The notes beneath the pieces are model-generated. The model saw only the letters and a list, made by a program, of their open reading frames with translations, ran no database searches and was not told where the DNA came from. From Candidatus Latescibacterota bacterium (GTDB lineage Bacteria > Krumholzibacteriota > Krumholzibacteriia > WVZY01 > JAKEHA01), in NCBI GenBank assembly GCA_963707635.1, contig OY970173.1:1120001-1184000 (forward strand): 64,000 bases of DNA, given 5' to 3'. Made by a program: the position numbers and the translations under genes. Shown piece by piece: positions 10,678 through 18,533 of the stretch (position 1 is the first letter of the stretch; each line of letters begins with the position of its first letter).

Positions 10678-11319
10678 ATGCACCTCGCCGACGGAACTCT
10701 TGCCAATCAGGTTTGCACCGCCACGGCGCTCGCCTCGGCGACCGGTCTGGTCTACGCGGCCGTGCGCGCGCGGGCGCATGCGACGCCGCAAACGCTCGCC
10801 CGGGCGGGCGTGGGCGCGGTCGTCGTTTTTGCGGCTCAACTGATGAACGTGCCGTTGTTCGGCGCGGTGCCGGTGCACCCGGTGGGTGCGGCGTTTCTGG
10901 TCGTGCTGTGCGGCCCCGCGCTGGCGCTGCTGGCGATGACGGCGGTCCTCGTCGTCCAGGCGCTGGTCATGCACGACGGCGGGGTTACGGCGCTCGGGGC
11001 GAACGTGTTCAACATGGGAGTGGTCGGGGTGACGGTCGCCACGCTTTGCATGAACGCCGTGCGCGCACGCATCGGCGGGCGCGCGGGCCGGTTGCTCGGG
11101 GTGGCGTTCGCGAGCGCAGCGTCGATGGGCGCCGCGGTCGTGGCCATGGCGGCGGAGCTGGCGCTCTCGGGGGTGTCGCGTGAGGTGTTTACCACGGCGA
11201 TCGCCGCGCACGCGCCGTTTGCGGCCTTCGAGACGGTGGTGACGGTCGCGGTGGTCGCGGCGCTCGCGAACGCGCCGGTATTTGCCGGCGAGACCGGGGT
11301 CGAGAGGGCCGGGAAGTAA
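10678..11319 (+). CDS. cbiM: CbiM/NikM-type Co/Ni ECF substrate-binding membrane protein
   Basis: Metal-binding N-terminus MHLADG, VQAL..DGGVTALGAN.FNMG; RBS GGAGG. Confidence 0.8.
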   Translation: MHLADGTLANQVCTATALASATGLVYAAVRARAHATPQTLARAGVGAVVVFAAQLMNVPLFGAVPVHPVGAAFLVVLCGPALALLAMTAVLVVQALVMHDGGVTALGANVFNMGVVGVTVATLCMNAVRARIGGRAGRLLGVAFASAASMGAAVVAMAAELALSGVSREVFTTAIAAHAPFAAFETVVTVAVVAALANAPVFAGETGVERAGK

Positions 11320-11320
11320 C

Positions 11321-13870
11321 GTGCCAAAACGCGTGGGCGGAAAGCCGGCTGCGAAGCGCGCGGCCGCATCGGCCCGGTTTCGGTTCGAGCTGGCGGCGAA
11401 GGACCTCCGCTGGCGCTGCGACCCCGACGGACTCGGGTTCGAGACGACGCGCGAGATCCAGGCGAAGCCCAACATCATCGGGCAGGATCGCGCGCTCGAC
11501 GCGATTCGCCTCGGGCTCACGCTGCACAGTCCCGGCTACAACATCTTCATTTCCGGCCTCACCGGCACCGGCAAGCTCACGGCGATCCGGTACATGCTCG
11601 AGGCCATGGACTTGCACAGAAACGACCTCACCGACATCTGTTACGTCCACAACTTCCGCGCCGAAGATCACCCGGTGTGCATCCAGCTTCCCGCGGGAAA
11701 AGCGTGCCGTTTCCGCGCCAAGGTGAAGGAACTGCTGGCCACCATCGTCGACTTCATCCCGGCGGCGCTGCAGAGCGACGAGTTCAAGCGTAAGCAGGCC
11801 GTGATCGCCGACGAGACCCGCCACCGGCGCGAGGAGCTCCTGCACTCGCTCGAGAAGGAAGTGATCGAAAAAGGGTTCACGCTGGTGCAGGTGGAGTACG
11901 AGAATCTCTCCCGCCCCGAAATCGTCCCGATGGTCGGTGGGGAGGCGGTGCCGATGGACCGGCTCCCGGGCCTGCTCGTGCAGGGGAAGATCGGCCAGGG
12001 CGACTACGACAAGCTCCAGACGGCCTATCCGACGCTGTCGCGCAAGCTCGACGATTTCCTGCTCGCCACCCGCGACCTGCAGCGCGACCTCGACCACCGC
12101 ACCGCCGACCTCGAGAAGCAGCACCTGGCGCCGCTGATCGACTTCGCCATGAAGGAGATCGTCCACGAGTTCAAGACCGAGAAGGTGTCGCGCTTCGTCC
12201 TGGACTTGCGCGAGTACGTGCTCTCGCACCTGCCGGTGTTCGCGATCAGCAAGGGCGCGGCGGACAGCGGAGCGCGGCCATTCCTGCCGTTTCAGGTGAA
12301 CGTGCTGGTGGACAACGAGGGGCTCAAGGAAGCGCCGGTCGTGATCGAGACCTCGCCGACCTACGGCAACGTATTCGGCACCGTGGAACGGCTCGCGGGG
12401 CCGGACGGCGAGCACTCGGCCGATTTCACCTCCATCCGCGGCGGGTCGTTGCTGCGCGCCAACGGCGGCTTTTTGATCATGAACCTGATCGACGTGTTCG
12501 AGGAACCGCTGGTGTGGCCCGCGCTGAAGCGCGCGCTCAAGAGCCAGCGTCACGCCATCCGCGGGTTCGACTCGTTGCTGCTCATGCCGATCGCCACCAT
12601 CAAGCCGGAGCCGGTTGAGCTCAACTTGAAGGTGATCCTGATCGGCGACGCGTGGAGCTACCAGCTGCTCTGGGAGTACGACGAAGATTTCAAAACCATC
12701 TTCAAGGTGAAGGCGGACTTCGATTCCGCCATGCCGAACACGACCGCGAACCGGTACAAGTACGCGCGCTTCCTGCGCGTGCTGTGCGACCAGGAGAACC
12801 TGCCGGCCTTCCACAAGGACGCGGTCGCGGCGGTGGTCGAGGAGGGCGTGCGCCTCGCGGGCCGCCGCAATCGCCTGTCGACCCGCTTCAGCGACGTGGG
12901 CGACGTGGTGCGCGAGGCTGCCCACTGGGCGGTGAAGAAGAAGTCGAAGACTGTGCGCGCCGCGCACGTCGCGCTGGCGCAGCGCGAGCGAGAGCGCCGC
13001 GTGAGTCTGGTGGAGGATAAGGTGCAGGAGATGTATGACGACGGCGCCATCCTCCTCGACACGACCGGCGCCAAGGTGGGGCAGGTGAATGGCCTCGCCG
13101 TCTACGACCTCGGCGACCATTCCTTCGGCCGGCCCAGCCGCATCACCGCCGAGACCGGGGTGGGACGCGCCGGCGTGATCAATATCGAACGCGAAGCGGA
13201 GATGAGCGGGCGCATTCACAACAAGGGCATGCTCATCCTCGAGGGCTACCTTCGGAAGATGTACGCGCAGGACAAGCCCATCACGGTGTCCGCGAGCCTG
13301 TGCTTCGAGCAGGGGTATTCGTTCGTCGACGGCGACAGCGCGTCATCCGCCGAGATGTACGCGCTCCTCTCGAGCCTGGCGTACGTGCCGCTGCGCCAGG
13401 ACATCGCGGTGACGGGATCGATGAACCAGAAGGGCGAGGTGCAGCCGATCGGCGGCGTCAACGAGAAGATCGAGGGGTTCTTCGACGTGTGCCGCGCGCG
13501 CGGTCTCACCCGCAAGCAGGGCGTCATGATCCCGGCGATCAATATCCCTGAGCTGATGCTCCGCGAAGACGTGGCCGACGCGGTGGCGCGCGGCCGGTTT
13601 CACATCTATGCGGTGAGCACGATCGACGAAGGCATCGAGCTCTTGTCCGGAAAGAAGCCCGGCCGGTGGATCCCGCGCAAGGGGTACGAACGCGGTTCGA
13701 TCCATTTTCTGGTCGACGAGGGGCTGCGCCACTTCCACGATCGCCTGCGCGACGCCGAGGACGGCGGCCACGATGCGGCCCACAAGCACGATAAGAAGAA
13801 AGCGAAACCCGCCAACGACAAGCCGAAGCCGCCCCGGCGGCGAAAGCGCCGCGAAAAACCGCGGCGTTGA
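11321..13870 (+). CDS. Lon-family (LonB/LonC-like) AAA+ protease
   Basis: IIGQDRA, Walker A GLTGTGK, ANGG.L, VGQVNGL; Ser-Lys dyad DGDSAS / IGGVNEKIEGF. Confidence 0.9.
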   Translation: MPKRVGGKPAAKRAAASARFRFELAAKDLRWRCDPDGLGFETTREIQAKPNIIGQDRALDAIRLGLTLHSPGYNIFISGLTGTGKLTAIRYMLEAMDLHRNDLTDICYVHNFRAEDHPVCIQLPAGKACRFRAKVKELLATIVDFIPAALQSDEFKRKQAVIADETRHRREELLHSLEKEVIEKGFTLVQVEYENLSRPEIVPMVGGEAVPMDRLPGLLVQGKIGQGDYDKLQTAYPTLSRKLDDFLLATRDLQRDLDHRTADLEKQHLAPLIDFAMKEIVHEFKTEKVSRFVLDLREYVLSHLPVFAISKGAADSGARPFLPFQVNVLVDNEGLKEAPVVIETSPTYGNVFGTVERLAGPDGEHSADFTSIRGGSLLRANGGFLIMNLIDVFEEPLVWPALKRALKSQRHAIRGFDSLLLMPIATIKPEPVELNLKVILIGDAWSYQLLWEYDEDFKTIFKVKADFDSAMPNTTANRYKYARFLRVLCDQENLPAFHKDAVAAVVEEGVRLAGRRNRLSTRFSDVGDVVREAAHWAVKKKSKTVRAAHVALAQRERERRVSLVEDKVQEMYDDGAILLDTTGAKVGQVNGLAVYDLGDHSFGRPSRITAETGVGRAGVINIEREAEMSGRIHNKGMLILEGYLRKMYAQDKPITVSASLCFEQGYSFVDGDSASSAEMYALLSSLAYVPLRQDIAVTGSMNQKGEVQPIGGVNEKIEGFFDVCRARGLTRKQGVMIPAINIPELMLREDVADAVARGRFHIYAVSTIDEGIELLSGKKPGRWIPRKGYERGSIHFLVDEGLRHFHDRLRDAEDGGHDAAHKHDKKKAKPANDKPKPPRRRKRREKPRR

Positions 13871-13887
13871 CCGACAGGACCCGCGTG
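13866..13887 (+). repeat. 3' half of the palindromic repeat family (see 44955, 52908, 58619)
   Basis: GTTGACCGACAGGACCCGCGTG is 21/22 identical to 52930-52951. Confidence 0.6.
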
Positions 13888-13890
13888 CAA

Positions 13891-14844
13891 ATGAACCCGA
13901 CGCGCGAAGAAACCGTCAAACGCCTGGCCCGCGAGATCGGGTTCTCGCTCGTGGGCATCGCGTCCCTTGAACCCAATCTCCGCTCCAACGATGCGTTCGC
14001 CCGCTGGCTCGACGCCGGCATGCACGGCGAGATGTCGTACCTCGAACGCCACCGCCCGCTGCGTGAGGACTGGCGGTCGCTGTTGCCGGGTGCGCGCTCG
14101 GCGGTGTGCGTGGCGCTGAACTACTACCACGACATCGAGCGCGAACAGCAAGCCATGGACGGGCGCGACCGGCGCGGACGGTTCTCGATCTATGTGCACG
14201 GGGAGGACTACCACACCGTGATGGACCGCATGCTCGCGGACCTGGGCCAACGGCTGGCCGCCAGATTTCCCGGCGCGCTCACCCTCGCGGCCTGCGACAC
14301 CAAACCGGTATCGGACCGCACCCTCGCCATGCGGGCCGGCATCGCCTGGCTCGGCAAGAACACCAATGTGATTTCACCGGAATTCGGGTCCTGGGTGTTT
14401 CTGGGAGAGATACTCACCACGCTCGACCTGCAGCCCGATGCTCCGCTCACGACGCTGTGCGGCAAGTGCACGAAGTGCATCGACGCCTGCCCGACCGGGG
14501 CCCTCGACACCCCCTTCGTGCTCGACGCCCGCCGCTGCATCTCGTACCTCACCATCGAAAAGCGCGGCGAGATCGCGCCCGAGCTGGCGTCGAGGCTCGG
14601 CGCCGACGTCTACGGCTGCGACACCTGCCAGAGCGTGTGTCCGTTCAACCGCGTGGCGTCGGAGTCGATCGTGTTCCGCCGCGAAGACAGAAGCCCGCTC
14701 ATCGACATGACACTCGATGAACTGGCTGTCATCTCGGACGACGAGTTTCGGGACAAGACGAAAGGGAGCGCGATCCGACGCTGCAAGCCGGAGGGGATGC
14801 GGAGGAACGCGCGGGTAGTAAGAGCGAATGCAGAGCTTGGGTGA
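13891..14844 (+). CDS. queG: tRNA epoxyqueuosine reductase
   Basis: GMHGEMSYL, GEDYH, GKNT...GSWVFLGE, CGKCTKCIDACPT, CISYLTIE, GCDTCQSVCPFN. Confidence 0.95.
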   Translation: MNPTREETVKRLAREIGFSLVGIASLEPNLRSNDAFARWLDAGMHGEMSYLERHRPLREDWRSLLPGARSAVCVALNYYHDIEREQQAMDGRDRRGRFSIYVHGEDYHTVMDRMLADLGQRLAARFPGALTLAACDTKPVSDRTLAMRAGIAWLGKNTNVISPEFGSWVFLGEILTTLDLQPDAPLTTLCGKCTKCIDACPTGALDTPFVLDARRCISYLTIEKRGEIAPELASRLGADVYGCDTCQSVCPFNRVASESIVFRREDRSPLIDMTLDELAVISDDEFRDKTKGSAIRRCKPEGMRRNARVVRANAELG

Positions 14845-14857
14845 TCGTTGCGTTGGA

Positions 14858-14881
14858 GTTCGAGTCCTGCCTGGGGAGCCA
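14858..14881 (+). repeat. att-site copy: 3' fragment of a tRNA (tRNA-Asn-like)
   Basis: GTTCGAGTCCTGCCTGGGGAGCCA = T-loop, 3' T-stem, acceptor strand and CCA. The 5' part of the tRNA is absent. Confidence 0.75.
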
Positions 14882-15270
14882 TTCTTTCCCATACAAAGAA
14901 CTTCGCCTGAGAGCGGCTCGACGCCTCCTGGCGGCACGAGCGGGCAAGTGTACTTCAGTTCCGCGATCGGGTAGTCCACGTCGATGCGGCTGACGAACGA
15001 ACGAAGGAACGTCTTCTGCTCGGCGATGGAACCCTTCCGGAGGGTCTCGTGTAGATCCTCGACGTACCGGCGAACGGCCGCGCGGGGAAGAGCCTTGGGG
15101 GCGGGTAGCTGGGTGTTGGCCGTCAACTCGGCTTTCCGTTTCTCCAGTTGCTGCCGACTGGCGGTCAGTTCCCGCAGCCGCGGCGCGGCTTCGTCGAACG
15201 CAAGCTTCTCATCCTCGATGAGGCCGTAGAGCTTCCCGAGCCGGCGATCGGTGTCAACGAGTTGCCTCTC
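14858..15270 (-). pseudogene. C-terminal remnant of a large serine recombinase
   Basis: Coiled coil ERQLVDTDRRLGKLYGLIEDEKL..PRLREL, then EQKTFLRSFVSRIDV and ..GSPGRTRT running into the tRNA fragment. No catalytic N-terminus. Confidence 0.7.
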
Positions 15271-16359
15271 GCGGGAGAAGGGGCGATCTCCCAGATATTG
15301 TACTTGGCAGTAACGAGCCGACTCCTGGATGACCCAGTGTCGATAGCGGTCAAAGGGCCTTCATCGGGTGGAAAGTCCTACTTGGTGAGGCGGGTTCTCG
15401 ATTTCTTTCCGAAGAGCGCCTACTTTGCCCTTAGCGCGATGAGTGACAAGGCGCTCGCCTATTCCCAGGAACCACTGTCGCATCGCTTCCTCGTCCTCTA
15501 CGAGAGCGCCGGCTTGAATAGCGAGACCGCGACGTATCTTCTGCGGTCCCTGCTGAGTGAAGGGCACATCCGATACGAAACCGTTGAAAGCACCAAGAAC
15601 GGTCTCGAGCCACGTCTGATCGAGCGACCTGGGCCGACCGGCTTGATCGTGACCACCACTGCACTCCAGCTGCATCCCGAGAACGAGACTCGCATGCTCA
15701 GCCTCACGGTCACCGACAGCAGGGAGCAGACTAATAGCGTGCTCATGGCCATTGCAGATGAGGACAAGCCCGAGGTCGACATCACCGAATGGGGGGCCTT
15801 TCAGGAGTGGGTGGCGCAGGGGGGGACCCGGGTCATGGTTCCGTTCGGGAAACAGCTGGCTTCACGTATTCCACCAGTTGCGGTGCGACTGCGGCGGGAC
15901 TTCAAGATCGTTCTGACCTTGGTGCGTGCCCATGCGTTGCTTCATCGCGAGAACCGCTCGCGGAACCCGCAGGGGCGTATTGTTGCAGAACTCGATGACT
16001 ACCGCATCGTCCGTGAACTCACGGCCGCCTTCCTCGCGGAGGGCGCAGAGATGTCGGTACCCGAGACAGTCAGGGAAACAGTCCTCGCGGTGGAAGAACT
16101 CCTTGCGTCCCATCCCGAGGTGACCGTGAACGAAGTCGCCGGGCGACTCGGGCTCGACAAGTCCGCGGCGCTCCGACGCGTCAGGAATGCCATCCGCCGT
16201 GGCTTTCTGGTGAACCAAGAGGACCGGAAAAGCCGGCCCGCAAAGCTCGTCATGGGAGATCCACTGCCAGAAGCATGTTCCTTGCTCCCATCTGCCCGGG
16301 AGCTGAGCGGTTGCACGGTTGCAGAAGAAACTGCGGAAGGGGCACCGCATGACGACTGA
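15268..16359 (+). pseudogene. N-terminally truncated P-loop ATPase with C-terminal winged helix (phage/ICE primase-helicase-like)
   Basis: LAGE..ILYLAVTSRLL, Walker A GPSSGGKS, LRSLLSEG, ENETR; HTH VNEVAGRLGLDKSAALRRV. Its upstream region is replaced by the antisense recombinase remnant. Confidence 0.65.
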
Positions 16360-17260
16360 CAAGCAGCGCCGGGCTAATCGCCGTAACGCGCTATGTTCCA
16401 CGGGTCCGAAGACGCGAAGCGGCAAGCAGGCCGTCCGGTGGAACGCCGTGAAGCACGGGTTACTCGCCCGCGAAGTGGTTATCGGTGTCGGTGATGGCAA
16501 AGAGAATCAGCGGGAGTTTCAATGGATGCTGGAACAACTTCGAACGGATCTTCAGCCTCAAGGTGTCTTGGAAGAGGTCCTCGTGGAACGTATTGCCGTG
16601 AGCTACTGGCGCCTTCGCCGGGTACTTCGTTGCGAGGTGGGAGAGATCCGAGTTCACCTCGACGCCGCGATTCGGAATCAGCTCGTGGCAACTGCGGTTG
16701 AGTACAATCGCGAGAAGAGGCTCGCCGCAATCGATCCCGAGCGGCGCCTGGAACGGACCTCGCTGGGGACCAAGCACTTGATTGCCATCATCGATTCGGT
16801 GGCCGAGAGCGTCCAGCAGGAGGGCCAGCTCGCCGAGGGGCCCAGGAAGCTCCTGTTCGACAGTTTCGGGTTCGGAGAGGACGGGATTGCAAGTCGGTGT
16901 TTGCTCTTCCACATCATGGCAACCGAGGGTCCGGAAAAGGCAAAAGCAGATCCCGAACAATACAGGGATACTCCTTCCCCCGAAATGTGCAAGGAGTTGA
17001 TCTTGGGGATTCTGCAAAAGGAAAAGGAGCGTCTCAGCGAGCTCCACGAGGAGTTCACCGAAATCGAGACCTTGCGGCTTAGGGCCCGGGTTATGGGTTT
17101 CAGCCTGCCGAGTGCCGACGCGAGCGACCGGATTCTGCGCTATGAAGGGGCGATCGAGCGCCAGCTCTATCGGGCAATTGCCCATCTTGAACGCCTGCAA
17201 CGCCAGCGCCGTGGCGAGCCCGTCCCTCCCCCGATCAGCGTGGATGTGGGGACGAGCTAA
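16349..17260 (+). CDS. Mobile-element hypothetical protein (ANRRNA..STGPKT..GK....NA.KHGL family)
   Basis: Characteristic N-terminal motif; WRLRR; LRYE..IERQLYRA...LERLQ. Confidence 0.7.
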   Translation: MTTDKQRRANRRNALCSTGPKTRSGKQAVRWNAVKHGLLAREVVIGVGDGKENQREFQWMLEQLRTDLQPQGVLEEVLVERIAVSYWRLRRVLRCEVGEIRVHLDAAIRNQLVATAVEYNREKRLAAIDPERRLERTSLGTKHLIAIIDSVAESVQQEGQLAEGPRKLLFDSFGFGEDGIASRCLLFHIMATEGPEKAKADPEQYRDTPSPEMCKELILGILQKEKERLSELHEEFTEIETLRLRARVMGFSLPSADASDRILRYEGAIERQLYRAIAHLERLQRQRRGEPVPPPISVDVGTS

Positions 17261-17378
17261 AGACTCTTCTGCGAAACAAAGCCAATCAAACTCGTATCAA
17301 GCTGTGGGTTAGTCTCGGGTGGCAGAATCGAATCCAATGTGACCTCGAAAATTGCGCGTGACAGTCGCAGGCAGGACG

Positions 17379-17672
17379 ATGAATGACGAGGTCACGCGTC
17401 GAGAGCGAAGTCTGCAGATCGTCCACATGGCGCTGGTCCAACTCGCGAAAGCGATCGCCGAAGGAGACCTGCGCATGACCTTATCTGATCTCGACAAGCT
17501 CATCCGTCTGGAGGCGTTCTTGAGCGACGAGCCGGAGTCGCGGCATGAAGTCTTGGTGAACGATCTCCGCGACCGGTCGGATGCGGAACTTCGCGAGATG
17601 GTCCAGCAGGAGGTCGATATTCTGCAGGAGATCACGCACGCGGATGTTGCCGCCGAGCCTCCGCCAGGATGA
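17379..17672 (+). CDS. Small helical hypothetical protein or fragment, phage-like
   Basis: Plausible helical ORF (LSDLDKLIRLEAFL) inside the island; may be truncated. Confidence 0.45.
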   Translation: MNDEVTRRERSLQIVHMALVQLAKAIAEGDLRMTLSDLDKLIRLEAFLSDEPESRHEVLVNDLRDRSDAELREMVQQEVDILQEITHADVAAEPPPG

Positions 17673-17812
17673 AGTGTCAGGAGAATCTATCAGGAGCAAT
17701 ATTTCAGTAGACGATAATTGCGGATAGGGCTATCTTGTATTGTATAGGGTGACAGGACGAGCATTTCGAGTTCATTCTTTAAGTTGGGCGCGAGTCCGTA
17801 AAAAAGGAATGG

Positions 17813-18523
17813 ATGACCTTGAAGAAACCATTCGTGGTTCCGCTCATTCTGACTTCAATCCTGGGTGCTCACTGGGCGCTCGCGCAGCACTTAAGCGCCG
17901 ATCCGACCGGTGGGGCGCGAGTGATCGCGATCGAGGAGTTGAAGAAACTGCCGGCCCGCGTTACTGCAGTTCCAAGCCATTCGCCTTTCTTTGTTTCTGA
18001 TCGCAAGCTTCTCGAATCGGCGACCCTGGGAGAGCCATTTGTTTTCTACTGGCCCGATAGCACGTTTCTGACCCATTACAAGAACGCGGAAGCGGGCCAA
18101 ATACTCCGGTATTTTCGGAAGAGTGTGCTCTTTCCCGTGCATGCCGGGGAACGGATGCTTGGAACCATTAGCGTTCAAGTGAATGAGAACGGAGTGTGGG
18201 TGACGGGACCCCGCACAGTAGGTGACCGCGTTGTGAATGCCCTGGAGGAGTGTGGCCGCACTGCTGCCGTCACTGCTGGCCAGAGGCTTTCAATACTCGA
18301 TACGGGGTTCGCGGGCAAATTTGGTGTTGTTGAGGATGAAACAAGAATCATTGCAATGATGCCACTAGACGAATGGACTCGCGAGCTTATTGAGTCTGCT
18401 ATTTCACCCAATGGAGAGAGCGCTTGGATCCTTCCTGAACAAGGGTTTCCAATCATCCAAGCGAAGGTGCGCGCCACCCGGGAGAGTGAACAGCTCCATC
18501 ATGAGCCAATCGACGATCGCTAG
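17813..18523 (+). CDS. Secreted hypothetical protein, possibly a protease propeptide-like partner
   Basis: Signal peptide ending WALA; LGEPF..Y and FPV...G..LGTISV motifs. Confidence 0.6.
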   Translation: MTLKKPFVVPLILTSILGAHWALAQHLSADPTGGARVIAIEELKKLPARVTAVPSHSPFFVSDRKLLESATLGEPFVFYWPDSTFLTHYKNAEAGQILRYFRKSVLFPVHAGERMLGTISVQVNENGVWVTGPRTVGDRVVNALEECGRTAAVTAGQRLSILDTGFAGKFGVVEDETRIIAMMPLDEWTRELIESAISPNGESAWILPEQGFPIIQAKVRATRESEQLHHEPIDDR

Positions 18524-18533
18524 TCCGGTCAAG

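Noticed and set aside
14806..14881. Intact tRNA gene ending at the CCA at 14881
   Set aside because: No 5' acceptor strand (TCCCCAG), D arm or anticodon arm, and the 5' T-stem does not pair; it is only a 3' fragment.
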